DNA of 64,000 nt, from positions 293,874-357,873 of the forward strand of contig CAJINV010000023.1 in the NCBI GenBank assembly GCA_905178155.1, read 5' to 3'. Made by a program: the position numbers and the translations under genes. Below the pieces are notes generated by a model that was not told where the DNA came from, made no database searches, and was given only the letters and a program-made list of their open reading frames with translations. Of the stretch, positions 61,301-64,000 are shown piece by piece. Each line of letters opens with the position of its first letter. The first letter of the stretch is position 1. Origin of the DNA: Amoebophrya sp. A120. Taxonomy: Eukaryota; Protista; Dinoflagellata.

Positions 61301-63267
61301 CAAGCCTGTATTGGTGCTAGGCTTTGTTGTAAGCTAGATCATCATCTGGGCCACACGAAAACAGCAGGACAAATAACAGCTGCAGTCTTTTGGTTTTGCA
61401 GTGGATACAAATAACGGCATGTCATCATCCCACAGTGCCTGCGGGGCGCTCGACCCCGGCCCACGGTCCTTCGGGGCCTTTGCGCGTGCTAGTCGCAAGC
61501 CCTGTGGTAATGGCAACGTTGAGCGAATCATGGGGAAACGGCACGGGGGACTCGGCATGTCGCGAGTAGAAAACAGTTATCCCCTGCAGACAATTTGTTG
61601 TGTGAGAAGGGCCCTCTTGGGCACTTTGCAAGTGAAGGAGTCACTTGCGGTGGTGGCAATGAATAAGCAACACCGTCACGACGATCGAAAGTAACGAAGT
61701 GGTCGTGTACAGAGCTTTTGCATGTCAGGCTTTACGTTGCAGCGTTTATGCCTGTGGTGCCGGGGGGGGGGGGTGTCATGCGGAACAGGAAACAAAAGTG
61801 ACATTATGCGGACCAGGCACGTCTCGCAGGACAAAGCACTCCTCTCTGGCTATTCGTACAGCTATTGACGTTCCTACACGAGGATCTTAGCAGGGGATAA
61901 CAGTCACAAGCAGTATCTAGCCAAGAAGCAGAGGCAAGAAGAAGCGGACGCTTCCGGCGCAGGGGACGGGAGCAGCGGAGGAGCAGCTAGCTCCGGGTTG
62001 TATCGGGGAGTAGGAGGTGGCGGCAACACGGGCAGGCCTCCGCCAGGGATGTTTTCATCGCAACTGAGTACGCAGATGAAGTCCTCCGCCGCGGATATGC
62101 GCTCCATGTCGGAGACAGACTTCGTTCCAAGTGAAAAGACTGAGCACAATATCCACTGCAAATAATGATGTGTAATCTGAATCTCTATCTCCCCCGAAGA
62201 ACAACAATAAATGTGCGATGAGCTCCCTCTCACGAAGAGCAATCAAGCTGAAGAGACATTTTGTAAAATTGCATTCGAGGAGCCACCGCATCCGGACCTC
62301 GTCGATTGTATGACAAACCGTGGACGCCTGCGCAGCTCTCGTTGTCATGAAGTGTCTAGTTATTCTTATTTGCCACGGGAGCCTTGCATAAAAGGGCTTT
62401 TGGAAAAAGTCTTGCCGTGCTTTGCTGCACCTGGAAAGAACCTTACTTGTTGTATCACTCACAAGCTGTAGTGGCAGACCGAATTTATTACAAAGATATT
62501 TGCAGTGGATACGAAGAATGGCGGAGCGATTTCTCCAGCACGACCAGAAGACGAAGAACCAAGCTGGGGAGAAGCCGGCAACGAATCTCCGCAGCCCTCC
62601 CGGTAGCGACATGACGGGGAAGGAAATGCCCTCGGCGAAGGTGGACTTGGTCTCTTCGTGTAGAAGTAGTACTGCGGGGGCCCCGCACACCGACGAGAGT
62701 CGTGGTAATGGCAGCGAGCCCCAGGACGAGCTTCTCTGCACAGCACCCGTGGAAGTGGATCACCAAGTAGAGTACGGCTGTGCTAACGCCGCTGGCAGCG
62801 CCAGCGGCATACAGGCCGGGGGAACACGAGATGCAAGTGCAGGACCAGAAAAACGACACCCTGCGGGGGCACCAGGAGATCCTCGAGTCTTCGGTGATGA
62901 CGGTAGCAAACCGAGCCTCGCGCCGGGGCGCAGTACAGGCACGAATGAGGCCGCAGCTATGACGGTGTCGAGGGGAGAAAGCTGCACGCCGGGAACGATC
63001 GCGGACCGGGTGCCTGTCTCGGCAGGTAATTTATAATATCAGTCGGCAAAGGTTTTGTTGGGTACAATGGTCATGGTTATGGTGAAATACAGACAAACAA
63101 AAACACAAAAGCATCCGTGTATTTTGTAAAAGGTTGCCCAGTTGTTTGTAGCTGATGAGCGTATGGCGCATTGCGCCAGCCCGAAAATGCTGTTCCTCGC
63201 TTGCCCGCTGCGGAACGGCCGGAGGACTCGTGGGGAACGGGTGGGGAAGCAAGTGGCGGAGGACTAG
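52359..63267 (+). CDS. Long intrinsically disordered (S/G/A/D/E/P-rich) hypothetical protein; at least 17 exons, 5' end upstream and unresolved
   Basis: Starts at a canonical acceptor (GCTAAC...CCAG, 52358). Removing 15 successive DR/TIR inserts keeps one stop-free frame to a GT donor at 63026. The last exon (63152-63267) is tentative. Confidence 0.8.
52484..52797 (+). mobile_element. Non-canonical intron / introner, degenerate family C
   Basis: DR CCGT/TCGT; TATCCTG ... CAGGATA; join AEAV-ASIP. Confidence 0.8.
52901..53110 (+). mobile_element. Non-canonical intron / introner
   Basis: DR CCCC; join RRDP-VVDS. Confidence 0.8.
53339..53552 (+). mobile_element. Non-canonical intron / introner, degenerate family A
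   Basis: DR GGGC/TGGC; join KELG-TVSG. Confidence 0.75.
53590..53916 (+). mobile_element. Non-canonical intron / introner, family D
   Basis: DR CCTGC; TIR TATCGAAAGGAACGATCCCCCCTCCCCATA / TATGGGGAGGGGGGATTTTTCCTTTTGATA. Confidence 0.9.
53987..54253 (+). mobile_element. Non-canonical intron / introner, family A
   Basis: DR CACCA; removal restores a second NTPERGTR peptide repeat; interior is the reverse complement of 4047-4321. Confidence 0.92.
54335..54652 (+). mobile_element. Non-canonical intron / introner
   Basis: DR AGCCG/AACCG; join RGKP-PRIF. Confidence 0.75.
54815..54976 (+). mobile_element. Non-canonical intron / introner, family B
   Basis: DR CGCCC/CACCC; join ARSP-WERL. Confidence 0.88.
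55052..55387 (+). mobile_element. Non-canonical intron / introner, degenerate family A
   Basis: DR CACA/CGCA; join TSSQ-MTSA. Confidence 0.75.
55428..55703 (+). mobile_element. Non-canonical intron / introner, family A
   Basis: DR CGCGG; join SRCA-DRED. Confidence 0.88.
55767..56030 (+). mobile_element. Non-canonical intron / introner, family A
   Basis: DR GCAGC/CCAGC; join SQRQ-RPPR. Confidence 0.88.
56078..56340 (+). mobile_element. Non-canonical intron / introner, family A
   Basis: DR AGGAG; join KLEE-AADR. Confidence 0.9.
57253..58414. mobile_element. 1162-bp non-autonomous TIR transposon inserted in the minisatellite
   Basis: About 90-bp TIRs (TACACAGGTGAAATATGCCCCCGCCCCCGGAA... / ...TTCCGGGGGCGGGGGCATATTTCACTTGTGTA); perfect 5-bp TSD AGCGG. 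Confidence 0.9.
57730..57940. repeat. Internal inverted repeat (about 55-bp arms), possible nested MITE
   Basis: 57737-57792 pairs with 57876-57931 with few mismatches; starts with TAT; no TSD seen. Confidence 0.7.
61138..61411 (+). mobile_element. Non-canonical intron / introner, degenerate family A
   Basis: DR CAAAT; join SSAN-NGMS. Confidence 0.85.
61577..61903 (+). mobile_element. Non-canonical intron / introner
   Basis: TIR TATCCCCTGC / GCAGGGGATA; DR ACAGT; join VENS-HKQY. Confidence 0.88.
62149..62515 (+). mobile_element. Non-canonical intron / introner
   Basis: TIR TATCCACTGCAAATA / TATTTGCAGTGGATA; weak DR; join TEH-RMAERF in frame with the 62422 ORF. Confidence 0.8.
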
Positions 63268-63289
63268 CGGGGAGGCGGACTCTGTGGAG

Positions 63290-64000
63290 CAGGCAAAACA
63301 GGACGGGAGGCGGGCGATTTCGGGGACGGCTCTCGGGCCGGCGGGCCGTCTGCCTGCCTCTCTCTAGAAGAAAAGCGAAAAGCGCGCCAGGGGCGGCGCC
63401 GATCCATCATAGACGAGCCGGCAAAACAGGCAGGGCGGGGCTTGGGAGATTTCGCAGGCGGCCCTCGGGCCGGAGAGCCGTCTGCCCCCTTTTAGAAGAA
63501 ACGAGCAAAAACGAAAAGCGCAAAGAGCGCAAGGGGTGGCGCAGATCATCGAGCCGGCAAAACAGGAGGGGGCGCGGGCGATTTCGTAGACGGCCACCGC
63601 GCCGGCGAGATGTCTCGCTGCTTCGTTCCTTTTAGGTAGAGGAAACGAGCAAAAACGAAAAGCGAAAAGAGCGAAAGGGGCGACGCAGATCAGAGAGCCG
63701 GCAAGACAGGACGGGGCGTGGGCGATTTCGTAGACGGCACCCGGGCCGGAGGGGCGTCAGCTTGCTTTTAGAGGAAACGGGCAAAAACGGAAAGCGCAAA
63801 GCGCGCAAGGGGTGGCGCAGATCATAGAGCCGGCAAAACCTGGCGAAACAGGAGCGGACGCGGGCGATTTCGTAGACGGCTCTCGGGCCGGAGAGACGTC
63901 TGCTTCCTTTCAGAAGAAACGAGCAAAAACGGAAAGCGCAAAGCGCGCAAGGGGTGGCGCAGATCATAGAGCCGGCAAAAACTGGCGAAACAGGAGCGGA
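63290..64000. repeat. Purine-rich tandem repeat with a period of about 130-145 bp, running off the window
   Basis: GAAACGAGCAAAAACG...GCAAGGGGTGGCGCAGATCA...GAGCCGGCAAAA...GGCGATTTCGTAGACGG recurs about 5 times. Confidence 0.85.

Overview
Eukaryotic, intron-rich DNA from a dinoflagellate-lineage organism. It has an exact 22-nt dinoflagellate spliced leader at 29909-29930, and the intron architecture matches the invasive non-canonical introns published for Amoebophrya; that species assignment is inference. The ORF track is misleading because the real genes, essentially all on the + strand, are split by about 50 MITE-like inserts. Most are 150-370 nt, with the layout 5-bp direct repeat / TAY-inverted repeat ... 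inverted repeat-RTA / 5-bp direct repeat. Removing each insert plus one repeat copy by hand restores the reading frames. This gives an ankyrin-repeat/PDZ protein (32041-41408, 27 introns), a probable GT-A glycosyltransferase, a secreted TraB/ChaN-like protein and two low-complexity proteins. Also present: a RAP-domain ORF; a pair of paralogous membrane-protein genes with GC-AG/GA-AG introns; three arrays of a 308-bp satellite; a 3-kb foldback-like element; and a 4155-nt non-canonical intron holding an 84-bp minisatellite interrupted by a nested 1.16-kb TIR element. No transposase, rRNA, tRNA or CRISPR array was recognised. All exon joins are manual inferences with no transcript data, and intron coordinates can slide within the direct repeat.
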